From NCBI RefSeq assembly GCF_036971445.1, contig NC_091474.1, forward strand, positions 16,182,001-16,246,000: a DNA stretch of 64,000 nt, given 5' to 3'. Positions within the stretch are counted from its first letter, which is position 1. Each line of letters opens with the position of its first letter. The stretch comes from Narcine bancroftii (taxonomy: Eukaryota). Under the pieces are notes generated by a model. That model was not told the DNA's origin. It saw only the letters and a program-made list of their open reading frames with translations, and ran no database searches. Shown piece by piece: positions 1-12,170 of the stretch. The position numbers and the translations under genes are program-made.

Positions 1-44
1 CTCCAATTCACAATTCTCCAAATTATACTGATAGGTAGAACTCC

Positions 45-262
45 AAGAGTTGGTTAATGCAATGCACTTACAATGCAATGCACTTACAGCACCAGCGATT
101 GGGACCAGAACTCAGTTCAAATGCAATGCTGTCTGAATAAGTTCTCCCCGTTTCTGTGTGGGTTTTCTCTGGGTGTCCAGTTTCCTCCCACCCTTCAAAA
201 ATGTACCAGGGTGTAGGTTAACGGGGTGTAATTTGAGCAGCAGAGACTCATACAGCCTGTTA
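45..262 (+). mobile_element. V-SINE-type tRNA-derived SINE (degenerate)
   Basis: Contains the V-SINE-like central domain 'gttctccccgtttctgtgtgggttttctctgggtgtccagtttcctcccacc'; related copies recur across the window. Confidence 0.7.
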
Positions 263-1221
263 CGTTACTGTATGTCCAGTTTTTAAAAAAGGTTTGGCAT
301 GGTGACAATGTTGTGGAGGGAGGGATGTGACTTCGGAGGGGCTTGCGACCCTATGTGCCTCCTCCCCATATCCTTCTGAAGTGGTAGATGGATTTGAGTA
401 GTATTGACACAGTTGCCTTGGTGCTAACATGGAAGTCAAAAAATATGCCGGTGAATTGAAATAAAAATGGAAAATGCATGAAACACTCTGCATGCCAGGC
501 AGCCTCTGTGGAAAGAGAAACAACGGCCCATCAAGACCTCAGTGTACGTGGAGAAAATGGATAAATAGAGCCGAGGCCAAGACTGAAGCAGCCTTATTGA
601 AGACAGACAAATTCGAGGGATCATCAATTTTTCTTGTGAGAGGGCCCTTCTGACCTTTGCACGTCATGAGTGGGTCAGGGTGTGTGCAATCAAGTCCATG
701 GGAGGGGAAATCATCAAATGTCAAGGAAATGATGGCTCCATTTGAGCTAATATTAACACTGTCCGTAGTTTTACTTGCGCATAGCCAATGACAGTCAATC
801 ATCCAAATCCATTCAAAAGAAAATATTTATGCAGAATTCTGCATCATATTAAAGGGACATTTTATTCAAATGCAGAACAAAAACTGGAGGTACAATGCAT
901 GCCTCCTGAGACTGGAACTGAAAGAGAGTCATGCACCAGAATGTAGCGCCTTCTTTATTGTTAGGACTGATAATAATGCCCAAAATTCTGGCATAATTTT
1001 GATATGAGCTCGTATCCAAACGATGGACAAAGACATTTCAAAAGGAAAAAAAAATCACAAAAAGCAAATAGAAACTTAACCTTTAGTGACCAAAACAGAT
1101 ATTGAACACATTATACATGTTTGGAAATAATTAACTTAAAAAGCACATATATTATTGTCAAGAATTCAGATCAAGGTGGTGTGATTCTATAAAAAAAAAC
1201 TGGCTATTGTTAATAATTCTT

Positions 1222-1355
1222 AGGAATGCAAGATATAGGAGCAGAAATAGACCAATTGAGTCTACTCCGCCATTCTAATCACGAGCTGATCCATCCTCCC
1301 ACTCCTCAGCCTTCTCCCCATAACCATGGATTGTCCTGTCAATCTCTGCCTTAAT
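1222..1355 (-). mobile_element. CR1 LINE 3' end fragment
   Basis: Resembles the reverse complement of the CR1 3' tail at about 26850-26960 (gatcagctcatgatt...atttctgctcctat). Confidence 0.55.
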
Positions 1356-1855
1356 GTTTGATATTGCAAGGAGCTCAAAATTGAAAAGAGGTAAACTATT
1401 GATAGAGTAGTACAACCTCAGAAGGCTTTTTGAAGAATTGCTGTAAAATGATTTACCTGTAGAACCTGTTGTTCTAAAGTAGAGTCAACTTTACAACTTA
1501 TGGAGTTCAGTGTTTTTTTTAAATTTGAGGTTGCCTTGCATTCATTAATGATCACATCAGTCCTGAACAAGCTCATCTTTGGGTCTGGATGCAAAGAGCA
1601 GCACCATCAGCAGAATCAAGAGATGCTAAGCTCAACTGGAGAGCAAAGAGATGCTGCTTGCAGGAATCTGTAAAGCACACAGGTGGAAGGCAATCTAAGG
1701 ATAATGACGACGATCTGAAATTAGTACAGAAAATACTGGAAACACTCAGGCAGGAAGTGTCTTTGGAAAGAGAAGCAAGCATTCTATCAGAAATGACAAT
1801 GCCACCTTATCTGTTGAGTCTTTCCAATATTATCTGAGCACAAGATTCTCAGCAT

Positions 1856-3355
1856 TTATTGTCTGGGATAAAGACACTTTTTACCTTTACTTGTCCCTGT
1901 ACTCCACAATATATTAAATTTGCAATCAAGGAATTCACATATAATTAAAGTGCACATTCCAGATTTTATTCAGGGATACTTGTATACACTTTGGCTTGAC
2001 CATGTAGTAATTACAACATAGTTCCTCCATTTCATGGCACCATAACGTTTGGGACACTTGGCTTCACAGGATTTTGTGATGACTCAGGTATGTTTAATTG
2101 GTGCAGGTATAATAAAGCTAGGCTTGTTCCTAAGCTTTATTATACCTGTAGTTGCCATTCATCAACATGAGGACCAGAGTTGTGCCAATGAAAGTCAAAG
2201 AAGCCATAGTGAAGCTGAAGACAAGAATAAAACAGTAAGAGACATCACCCAAACCTTTGGATTACCAAAATCAACAAGTTTGGAACATCATTAAGAAGAA
2301 AGAGCATACTGGTGAATTCAGTTATCGCAAAGAGACTGGTAGACCAAAGAGGACCTCCACTGCTGATGAGAGAAGAATTCTCATCATACTGAAGGAAATC
2401 CCCAATTGCCGGTCCCACAGATCAGTAACACTCTTCAGGAGGCAGGTGTGGATTGACTACTGTCCGCAGAAGACTTCATGAAAAGAAATACAGGTGCTCC
2501 ACTGCAAAATGAAAACCGCAGAAACAAGACAGCCGGATTATAGTTTGCCAAGAAGTATTTCTGCAGAATTCTGGAATAAGGTCTTGTGGATAAAGGAGAT
2601 CAAGATTAATCTGTATCAAAGTGATGGCACGAGGAAAATGTGGAGGTGTAAAAGAACTGCCCAAGATCCAAAGCATACCACCTCATCTATGAAACATGGT
2701 GAAGGAGGTGTTCTGACCTGGGCATGTATGGCCACAGGTACTGGTGCATTTATCTTCATTGATGATGTAACTGCTGACGGCAGTAGCAAAATGGATTCTG
2801 AGGAGTATGGAAACTTCTCATCTGCTCACACTTGAGCAAATGCCTCCAAACTCATTGGCGGCGCTTCAACCTCCAGCAAGACAATGACCCCAAACATACC
2901 GAGGTTTTCAAAGATAAAAACTGGAAAATTTCTGAATGGCTAAGTCAGTGACCTGATCCAAATCCAATTGAACACGACTTCCATATGGTGAAGAGAAAAT
3001 TTCAGGGGACAAGCGTCTGAAACAAGCAGGAGCTAGAAGATGGCTTCAGTAGAGGCCTGGCAGTGCATCACCAGAGAAGATACTCACCACCTGGTGATGT
3101 TTATGAATCACAGACTTCAAGTAGTCATTGCAGGCAAGGAATAGACAACAAAGTATTAAACATGACAACATACTATTGCTATGTCCAAAACATTATAGTG
3201 TCTTGAAATGAGGGGACTATATATATGAAAAGTGCTGTAACTTCTATGTGATCTTTAATCACATGAATTATTTGATAACAAATTTAAAACCGTGGAGCAC
3301 ACAGGGGCAAATAAATGAAAAAATGTGCCTGTCCCAAACATAATGGAGGGCAATC
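1856..3355 (+). mobile_element. Tc1/mariner DNA transposon fossil with long IR/DR-type terminal inverted repeats
   Basis: Degenerate inverted termini (left 'gtctgggataaagacactttt...ataattaaag', right 'ctttaatcacatg...tgtcccaaacataatggagggc') and inner repeats at about 2030-2057 and 3182-3215 enclose a broken transposase. Confidence 0.9.
2167..3159 (+). pseudogene. Tc1-family DDE transposase pseudogene (frameshifts and stops)
   Basis: Fragments read MRTRVVPMKVKEAIV..., GRPKRTS, FWNKVLW.KE.KINL, KHG.GGVLTWACM, QQDNDPKHT and PDPNPIE, all typical Tc1 motifs. The first catalytic D position appears mutated. Confidence 0.88.
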
Positions 3356-4459
3356 CATATTTGCTGGTAGCTTGCATTTGTTATAACAGGATTATATCAG
3401 CTGGGGTCCTCGAAGATGAGCTTTAGCAGCAGTCACCATCAAATTTAGCTTTGCGATCCTTTCAAGACTTTGCCAGAGATGTTTATTGGATATCATGGTT
3501 CACAGCATCCAAAGACCAGGGACTGATGGCCTGGCTTTCAGGGCAAACAAATACACGAATGCGTGAGTGGGGACATTCCACAGGTGTAGAATATCAGATT
3601 GCATACATGGCAGTCAAGGGTCATCCAAATCATCCAGGCCTATTAGAACAAGGAACGCCATTTCAATGAAACCCAATCCTTTCGTAGGCTTCACAGAATT
3701 ACCCCTCAAATACCGAGATGTTGGGCACTTTTGCCACGGGGTGGCAAAAAGTAAAGGTGGAAATTTCCTGCATCTTATTCCAAAAAATGACATTCATAGT
3801 GTACAAGTCCTCAGTAAAGGCTTGATTGCCAGGATTCATGCTCCATCCACACTGGTGATAATTCTCTTTGCACTCACAAATATCATTGGAAGGGTCTGAA
3901 ACTTCAAACTACCACATAGGAATGGACATCTGAATGTATGGACATGGTGGGAGGCTTGTGAGCATTGCACATTCTTTACGGCTTATTGGGTGACAAAGGT
4001 GCAGCATCTTCACCCAGCTATGGATAACTTGGGGAATTATGCACCTACTGCTGACTCCATTGTTCCCTCATTCAGTCTAAGTCACCAGGAACTAATAATT
4101 TTCACTGAACAGGCAGTTTCACTGTCTTCCTGTCAACAGCTTTTCCAATGGTTGAATGGAAAGACATGCAAGGACTGGAAAGTGTGCAGCAAGGCTCATT
4201 GCATGGTAAATTGATGGGAATGGCATGACTAAAAGCTGGAATGTATGAGACAAGTCTAGCTCAAAAGGTGAATTAATAGGAGGAGTTTGAAAATATAGAA
4301 TGAAGGGATTGACATCAGAATGAAAGGGATTATGCCTCTCTATTCATCTTTCCAGAATGGTGTTCATTAAACAGTTCCAGATTTTACTTGTGGCAAATTT
4401 CAGCCAGAGTTTCATTTGAAGAATGCTGCTTCCACAAGTACGTTATGGACATGAGGCCT

Positions 4460-4745
4460 TTATTGAGCCTGCATAGACAAGATGAATAGGGATGGTCGGT
4501 TTCCTTGAGCAGGAAAATCTAAGATGAGGGAATAATTTAAGGTGTTGGGAATGAGATACAGAAAGGATGTGAGGGGGCATATCAATAGAGCTGCCAGCAA
4601 AAGAGGTAGCTCTAAGAAATATTTGGGCAATTACATCGATGTGAGAGGTTGGGAAGGGTATGGACTTAATGCAGGCAAAAGGGACTAAAGCAGATGGGCA
4701 CATTAATCGTCATGAACAAGCTGGGTCTGTTTCCCTGTTGTATGA
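4460..4745 (+). mobile_element. CR1 LINE 3' fragment (old)
   Basis: Similar to other CR1 3' ends in the window (atctaagatgagggaataatttaagg...aagggtatggact...tctgtttccctgttgtatgac). Confidence 0.5.
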
Positions 4746-4863
4746 CAACATCTGGTAATACATCAGTGAAGTAACTACTTACCCCCTCTCATCTCACTTC
4801 CCCGTGTTTTGATCTCAAACCCCATTTCCATCAAATGTCATTTTAGATCAAGGTCATTATGAC

Positions 4864-5344
4864 GAGGGCAGAGGTCGACAGCATCGAGTCCACGCTGCTG
4901 AAGATCCAGCTGCGCTGGGTGGGTCACGTCTCCAGAATGGAGGACCATCGCCTTCCCAAGATCGTGTTATATGGCGAGCTCTCCACTGGCCACTGTGACA
5001 GAGGTGCACCAAAGAAGAGGTACAAGGACTGCCTAAAGAAATCTCTTGGTGCCTGCCACATTGACCACCGCCAGTGGGCTGATATCGCCTCAAACCGTGC
5101 ATCTTGGCGCCTCACAGTTCAGCAGGCAGCAACCTCCTTTGAAGAAGACCGCAGAGCCCACCTCACTGACAAAAGGCAAAGGAGGAAAAACCCAACACCC
5201 AACCCCAACCCACCAATTTTCCCCTGCAACCGCTGCAACCGTGTCTGCCTGTCCCGCATCGGACTTGTCAGCCACAAACGAGCCTGCAGCTGACGTGGAC
5301 ATTTACCCCCTCCATAAATCTTCGTCCGCGAAGCCAAGCCAAAG
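4864..5344 (+). mobile_element. RTE-clade LINE, 5'-truncated young copy
   Basis: ORF C-terminus ...QLRWVGHVSRMEDHRLPK...CNRCNRVCLSRIGLVSHKRACS, then 3' end 'cttcgtccgcgaagccaagccaaag'. An 8-bp TSD attatgac lies at 4856-4863 and 5345-5352. Confidence 0.93.
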
Positions 5345-5352
5345 ATTATGAC

Positions 5353-5730
5353 CATGTTGTCAGGAAATGTGGATGTAAAATGTCCCTGAGACAAACAACA
5401 TTAGTTAACTCCAGGGTTTCTCTGCAGCCTCTGTATTCAAAGGACCCCCCCACCCACCCACCCATCACCACCACACAGGCCCTCTTCACTCTGCTACCTT
5501 CAGGAAAAAGGTACCGGAGCCTGAAGACGAGCACTCAGCGGCACAAGGACAGCTTCTTTCCCTCTGCCACCAAATTCCTGAATGAATAATGATCCACAGA
5601 CATTGCCTTACTTGGACTTTTTCTTTATCTTGCACTATTTTTAATTTATTTTGTAACACTTTAAAAAAAAATGCTGCTGTTAAACAACAGATTTTGAGAC
5701 ATCTTGATGGCAATGAATTCCGATTCTCTC
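5353..5730 (+). mobile_element. Rex1/Babar-like LINE 3' fragment
   Basis: LFTLLPSGKRYRSLKTSTQRHKDSFFPSA is the typical Rex1/Babar C-terminus; AT-rich tail follows. Confidence 0.7.
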
Positions 5731-6824
5731 ATGTGTTTTCAGACCAAAACATGCTGATATTAAAATCGTGACATTTCACCAGTCTCTTTCTCTTCAATTT
5801 TTTTAAAAATGGTGTTTACCACTAACTGTGTATATAATATAGCAGTACTTCAAGTTTGTATGGAATTTGACCACAAACTGGCAATGACTGAAAGGTGTAG
5901 GTAAATTTTAAGATATGAACATGCATCCCTCCCATATCAAAATGCTGGCTACATATCATCTGTTTGTGATGTTTTGTGTCAGATTTAAAGATAAAGTTAT
6001 GTGCACATATTATAAGCTTTCTCAACTAATCTTTCTTTAAATCACATCTCAGGAATGCCAAAGAAAACAATGATGTAGTCAGGTAAAAGTGTGAGTAGAA
6101 TTACAAGATAATTGGAAGAAATTTTGCTGCTAAATGTTAAGACACATTTTGATATAAACAAGGGGAAAAACAATTGATAATGACTGGGCAAGAAAATAAA
6201 ATTAATTTGCAATAAAAGCATTCAGTATTGAAGTTTTTACAAATCACTAGGTTATTACAAATTAACATAAACTATTGTAATCAACACAGAATTACTGAGC
6301 ATTGTGACATTGAAATGATATTAGATTTCATTTGCTTATTTAAAGCCAGTAAAGTGAATTATTTTTGATTCACTGTAGCTGAGATTCAAGTAATAATTTA
6401 ACTTTTAGGAATTTAATTTAGTTTGCAGCAAGAACAGAGTAAAGCAGGTAAGCATTTATCTACAACGTCAGCACCACCAGCGAGGCCACAATTATTTCAA
6501 GGTTAATTTTCATTCTCAAAGTCAACTGTGTGCATTGAAAATATTTACTGTGGTTGCATGTCACAGATGAAGATTTATGAATCTTCAAATAGAAGAAAAC
6601 ATTCTTTACAATGGAATCAAATTCAACCATCTGTTTTGGATATGTTTTCCTACAAAAGAATTGTTGAATGGAATGTGGTCATGCAGGGATGGGCTCAGTA
6701 AGACAGATCTGTGCAATGATATTTGCATAGTACTGATATGAATTCTATGAGTGCTAACAAGTGAAACTATTTAATACTAGTATCTGCATTAGATTATTCT
6801 AAAGCAAGGTCTGTGTGATTGTAA

Positions 6825-7840
6825 AAATCCACAAATGCAGGAGAAACTCAGGTCACACGGTGCCTTTATGTAGCAAAGGTAAAGATACATCACCAATGTT
6901 TCAGGTTTGAGCCCTTCATCAAGCTGTGGGGGAACAAGAGGAAGGGGTTGGTGAGGGTGGGAGATAGGTGGAGAAGGGGGAGGGAGGGGAGGAGTCTAAG
7001 CTAGGGGCTAGGTGGAGGGAGAAAGGAAGTAGGAACTGGAATAACTAATTAAGTGGCAGGGGAAAGAGCAAGCTTATTAGTGGAATACAATGAACTCAGT
7101 GTTCATGCCCTGTGATTGGAGAGTGCGCAGACAAAAAATTAGATGTTGTTCCTCTAATCTGCAGGTGGTCAGGATGAGGTGGTATGAAAGGCCATGGACA
7201 GACATTTGAGCTTGAGAGTGAGACTCAGAATCAAAATGGTTGGCTATGGGGAGGTCGCTTTTGTTGCAGCCGGAGAGGAGATGCTGGGGGAGGCGATCTC
7301 CTAATCTGCAACTGGTCAGAAAATGAGTTCTTTGAAGTGTTGCTTCACCTGAAAGGTCTGTTTGGGACCTTGGACCGTGGTGAGGGAAGAGGTATTGGTG
7401 CAGGTATTACACCTCCTACGACCACAGTGGAAGATGCTGGGGGGTGTGGGGGTGGGGAGGGAAGAATGCACAAGGGAGTCACGGAGGGGGCTGTCCCTAT
7501 GGAAGGCTGACAGGGGAGGAGAAGGAAAAATGTGTCTGGGGGTGGGGTGGTAGTGAGATTGAGGAGGATTCTGTGTTTATTGTTTCTGGGGGCATAGAGG
7601 GCTAGGGCAGATGAATGGGGAATGGAGGTGAGGGCCGAGTTAATAGTGGTGGAGGGGAAGCCACGTTTATGGAAGAAGGCAGACATTTCAGAGGCTCTGG
7701 ACTGGAAGACCTCATCTTGGGAGCAGATGCAGTAGAGACAGAGAAATTGAGAGAATGGTATGGAGTTCTTGCAGGGGACAGGGTGGGAGGATGATTGACC
7801 TGCTGAGTTTCTCCAGCATTTGTATATTTTCTCACTTAAC
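6825..7840 (-). mobile_element. Penelope-like element (PLE) remnant
   Basis: ORF 7345-7851 has HP..CKNSIPFSQFL.L..ICS...F......EM..FF..RGFP, the PLE RT thumb/linker preceding GIY-YIG. It is flanked by 'aatgctggagaaactcagcaggtca'-type terminal repeats and carries a degenerate hammerhead-like motif. Confidence 0.75.
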
Positions 7841-8344
7841 CACAGTGTCAACAGAATCCTGTGATTATAGATTGGGTATAGTAGCCTGTTTTCTAATCGT
7901 TAAGTCCAGTGATCCAAATGTACATTTTTTTACTTGGAAATCTTCACAAATATATGCAGCATTAACCTTAAGTTACAGCAACAATCAAGTGTTTGCTGAA
8001 TCTATACTTTGAATAATTACTGCTGTCGTGGACTGAAGTTGGAGGACAGCTCTACATGACCTGCAGCCAACAGCATTAGGCTTCTCTGCCACCACGATTC
8101 TGACAAAATTAGGTGGAAAATGAGCATCTGCAAATATTTGTCCTGCTGCACAGTAAGAGGAAATCCTCTGTGTCGTTACTTCATTTTGTAGGAAAGGACA
8201 AGTTTTATTTACTCCCTGACTCAGACAAAAAGCACAAGTATCACCAGAATGATTGTTAAGCCCAATTCTTGTGTCTGTTACAAAGGTTATAAGTAGCAAC
8301 TCCAGATAGTAACACCGTGCATCTCAGCTTCTCTGAAAACTCAC

Positions 8345-9083
8345 CTATGTAAACAGGAGCATGGTTCGACATGACATTTTCATCGAGATAGGTCACTCCC
8401 AGGGTGTAGAGTGGGGTTGCTCCAATGCCATGCAGGAACTGTCCAAGCATAAAGAGAAACCTGTAGTTGGAATAGCTCGATGAACCTTCGAGACACGGTG
8501 AGTCCTTGTCGCTGTTGCACAAACTAGAGTCCTCAGTTGAATCGACCTCGTAATGACCAGAAATAAAATGAGGCAAAGAGAACACGATGGACCCCAAACC
8601 CATGATTAGCACCCCCCAGCCGAGCCACCGTGGCTTGTGACCACTGCCGCCAAAGTAGCTGACAAAAAGCAGGCAGATGCACGCTGCTATGTCATAAGAG
8701 CTGGCAATCATTCCACTGTGGTAACTGCGCAGATCAAATCTACGTTCTATTGAGGTAATTACAGTGTTTATAAATCCATTCACGATCATCCCTTGGAGGA
8801 AGGAAGCACAGCAGAGGAAGACAAGTATTCCTATTGGTGTGTTGAAAACCTGCAGAAATTTGGGTTTGAACAGACCACAGCCACATGCATTTTCAGACTT
8901 GCTCTTGGGCGATTTATATTGGTGAGACTGACTGTATACTTTTGTCCCATTGCACTGTATTTTATCACTAATTACTTGAGTACTTGCAATCTCTAAATTA
9001 TTGGTGTTCAAGCAAGGTTCATTTAAATTCAACAGTTCTTGTCTGGAGCTGAATGAAGCATCTCCTTTTATATGATTCGACAT
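8345..9083 (-). CDS. SLCO4A1: Solute carrier organic anion transporter family member 4A1 (OATP4A1), first coding exon (246 codons + 1 nt)
   Basis: Translation includes [41 protein letters not shown]...[18 protein letters not shown]...[24 protein letters not shown], closely matching recalled vertebrate SLCO4A1. The exon ends at a canonical donor ATAG|GTGAGT (intron starts 8344, phase 1); ORF sequence past the donor is intron read-through. Later exons were not found in the window. Confidence 0.9.
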
Positions 9084-9263
9084 TTTTCAACTTGATCCAC
9101 AGCCTCCTCTGCGATACAATAAATTAAAATAAGGAGAATTGTCCTTTTTAGTTTAGCAGTCCATCAGAGAAATTCACACAAAGTCTTCCAAGGTGTTCGT
9201 TTCATTCTGTAGAAGAAATAAAAATAAAAAATAAAAAAAAAATAAAAATTCTGTAGAAGAAAT
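9084..9263 (-). promoter_or_regulatory. 5' UTR part of the SLCO4A1 coding exon with candidate 3' splice acceptors
   Basis: Three candidate acceptors on the minus strand: polyT...atttcttctacAG (exon from 9206), its duplicate (exon from 9250), and ttttaatttattgtatcgcAG (exon from 9108). Confidence 0.55.
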
Positions 9264-9624
9264 TTGGGAATTATTATCAACCGTGCACGTCGGAGTATAG
9301 AAAAGAACATAGAGAGATAACCTCATAATGCAAAGTTTGCTATTGTTTCAAACAGTCCTTTTAACCACTTTAATTAAGTTTCAGTATCGTACCCCAAACT
9401 TTTATTTTAAATATATTCCACATTCTAATTTAGATTTTGAACTCAATAGAATAGCAAGGAAAAGTTACGAGGGAAAATGTACTTAGGAGGTTTAGCAACC
9501 AGCTTTGGACTAATACATTAAAAAGGCAAAAATTAAAGGAAAAAAAAACTAGTATCAATAAAATTACAAAGGTTTTTTGGAGTGATTTGCTATGTCGAGA
9601 TCATAAAAGCCTCTCATTGTAATT

Positions 9625-9860
9625 TAAATTTAGACTTACAGTATAGTAACAGGCCCTTCCGGCCCACCAACTTATGCCACTCAATTACACCCAAATTTAC
9701 CTACAACTCCCGGTACATTTTGAAGGGTGGAAGGAAACTGGAGCACCCAGAGGAAACCCACGCAGAGAATGTACAAACTCCTCATAGTCAAACCCCCTTC
9801 CTTAATCGCTGGCGCTGTAACAGCATTATGCCAGCCACCACACAAACCATGCCAACCTTT
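9625..9860 (-). mobile_element. V-SINE copy
   Basis: Reverse-complement V-domain 'ggaaactggagcacccagaggaaacccacgcagag' plus tRNA-like head. Confidence 0.75.
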
Positions 9861-11559
9861 AAGAAAACCTGATCTTATCTTATCAAGGTGATCAATTTGG
9901 AAATGCGTTCCTAATGTGGGGCGCATCCACTTAGACCAGTGCCAAGCATGATGACCCATAGGAGAACCAAGGTTGGACCATAAATGCTGGCATTGCTAAG
10001 GCCACCAGCGTTCTGAAGTTACATGATAAGAAGCAGAGTATCCAACCCAAGCTTCTACGTTCAGGAACAAAGGTGAAAAACAAAAACCCAGTTCTCAACT
10101 TTCATTTTAAATATTCGAACATGCTTGATAGAAGAGTTTCAAGCAGAATTTGAGGAGGTAGGGTAGGAGTGCAGAAGTTAGTAAAAATGGCAGTTTCCAA
10201 ACATGAAATAGAGCAAAGAGCAGATGCTTCGGGGAAAAAGTCTCAGCATCTGAAAGCCCTCACCTCTCCCTTTCTAAGTAACCCTCAGAGGTAAGGAAAG
10301 GTGAGGCCATGAAGCAACCACACCTTTTAAATTACGCTGCTGCAGGAGTGGTTGCCTTCAAAGGTCAGTGAGAACAGGAGGAACTAGGTGTAAAATACAA
10401 GCAAGTGCTTTGGACAACCGCAAGAGAACAAAATGAGTGGTAAGCCAGGAGGGGGCTGGAATGGTCAGGTAGCATAGTCACAAAGACAAGAGTAAGAGTT
10501 TCAGCAGAAGTTGAGGTGAGAGATCACCAGAAGTACAACTAAGCAGCCTTGGCGATGGCTTGGCTTTTGTGCTTTTAGGAGCTTATTCAGGGGCTAAATA
10601 CAAGTCCAAAATTGTGAGGTCTTTCAAACTTGGGGGTTGGCTGGGGGAAAGATTATGTTGATAGCAGAGGAAAGGCATAAATCCAAAGTGACAGGCATCG
10701 GTCCACAAGGATGACCCAGTCAACTGCCACCTCAAAGCTCCATCACACCCATTCTGTCTCTGTCCTCTTGCATTGTTTCAGCAAAACTCCGGATGTAATT
10801 GAGGAACAGCATCTCAACGTCCTGGCCTCCATTCTTTGATTTCAACTATCTCTGTTTATCAGCTATTCCACTCTAGCACTCCCACCACTCTTTTGTTCTC
10901 TCTTCCCATTTGCTATTTATCTTCTCCAGATGCATCTCTCTTATATTTGTCAAGCTGACACTATCATGATGCGTGTTATTCACTTTTTCTTGGACACCAT
11001 TCCCCTTCCTTTCCCATGTGGTGAAAATACATCGACCAAAAGTCTGTTTCTTTCTCTCCAGCTAATTTATAATCTTTAGCTAGGGTGAGACGAAGAGAAA
11101 ACCCAGAGGATGCAGGGATCTCCAAATAATGAAAAGTGTAGTTGTATGTGGCAAATGGAAAAGGTCTTGTATCTCCAAATTATTTTCTCTTTGAAAAATA
11201 TTCCGAGGCACAGAGCCTGGCAGTGGAACTATACTGAAGCAAGTTTCTATGTATTAAACTTTAAATTTATTATCGCATGCACCAAGATGAGTTGATAAAG
11301 ATTGTATTGTGAATGGACCAGCCAGACATCTCATACATAGTACTGTGACCGATTATGTTATATTGTGTATAGATGTGTTTTAAAGGAGATAAATTGTGGA
11401 AAGTTTTTTTTTAAAAGTGTAGGTCACAAACAAATACAAACACTTCAAAACAGAGCTCATTTAAAATGCTGGAGCTCTTCTCAAGCCAGGCAGTTCAGTC
11501 CAGACTCAGAGCGCTTTTGCAACATCTTTGATGAATGCCTACAAGGACTTGACAAGTAG

Positions 11560-12170
11560 GTGTTAATTGGTCATGCTGTGGAATAATGGATTATTGTTTT
11601 GGAAAGCTTGTGGAAAAACCCAATTTTTAACACAGATTGTGAGTTTTTAGTTCACCCTGGTCAAAGCTCTTGTGGTCCATACAAGAGGAGATGGCTGGCT
11701 GCATAATGTTTCACTTGAAATAAGGGAAATAAAAAGGAACTCTGTGGTGACCTAAAAGAAAGAGTTTATCATCTGATAGGGCAAGTTTCTTCGGCTGATT
11801 AGAAGGATTCAGTTGTGGGTGTCCAACGAGCAACAAATCTCTCTCTGAAAACTGACAAGAACCTTCCTGAGTGGTAACCATTTATCTTTCAAAGCCTGAT
11901 GAAATTCATAAATGTTAAATTCTGTGGAGAATATAAGAATTGCTTGCAACCAGTGAACTGTGAATTGAAGAACTTTCCTAAACTTACACACACATTACAT
12001 ACACGTGCGCCTCGAATTAGAAGGGGGTTAAATTAAGTTAGCAGTAATAAGTTAGAGTTTGATCCGATTTTCATGTCTAAAGATAATTAAAAGCAATTTT
12101 TGTTTCAGTAACCATTTGTCTTGGTGAATTTCTATTGCTGCTGGGTTTTGGGGTCCTCTGGGCCCATAAC
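11560..12170. mobile_element. Solo-LTR-like interspersed repeat
   Basis: The distal few hundred bp are the reverse complement of the repeat at 20328-20745 (gaggaccccaaaacccagcagcaatag...gcgcacgtgt...tgtgtgtgtaagtt); TG/CA-like terminus. Confidence 0.55.

Noticed and set aside
1589-1837. 82-aa ORF
   Set aside because: No domain similarity or splice support; consistent with a chance ORF.
3420-4214. Cluster of 70-110 aa ORFs in a moderately GC-rich stretch
   Set aside because: No recognisable motif in the frames examined; possibly ancient repeat debris.
8256-8344. C-terminal extension of the 275-aa ORF (GEFSEKLRC...)
   Set aside because: It lies beyond the canonical GTGAGT donor and has no OATP similarity; intron read-through.
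1-8344. Search for the next SLCO4A1 exon (expected roughly IFYT.AI.GPA.GY..GG)
   Set aside because: No matching translation was seen; the exon probably lies beyond the window start.
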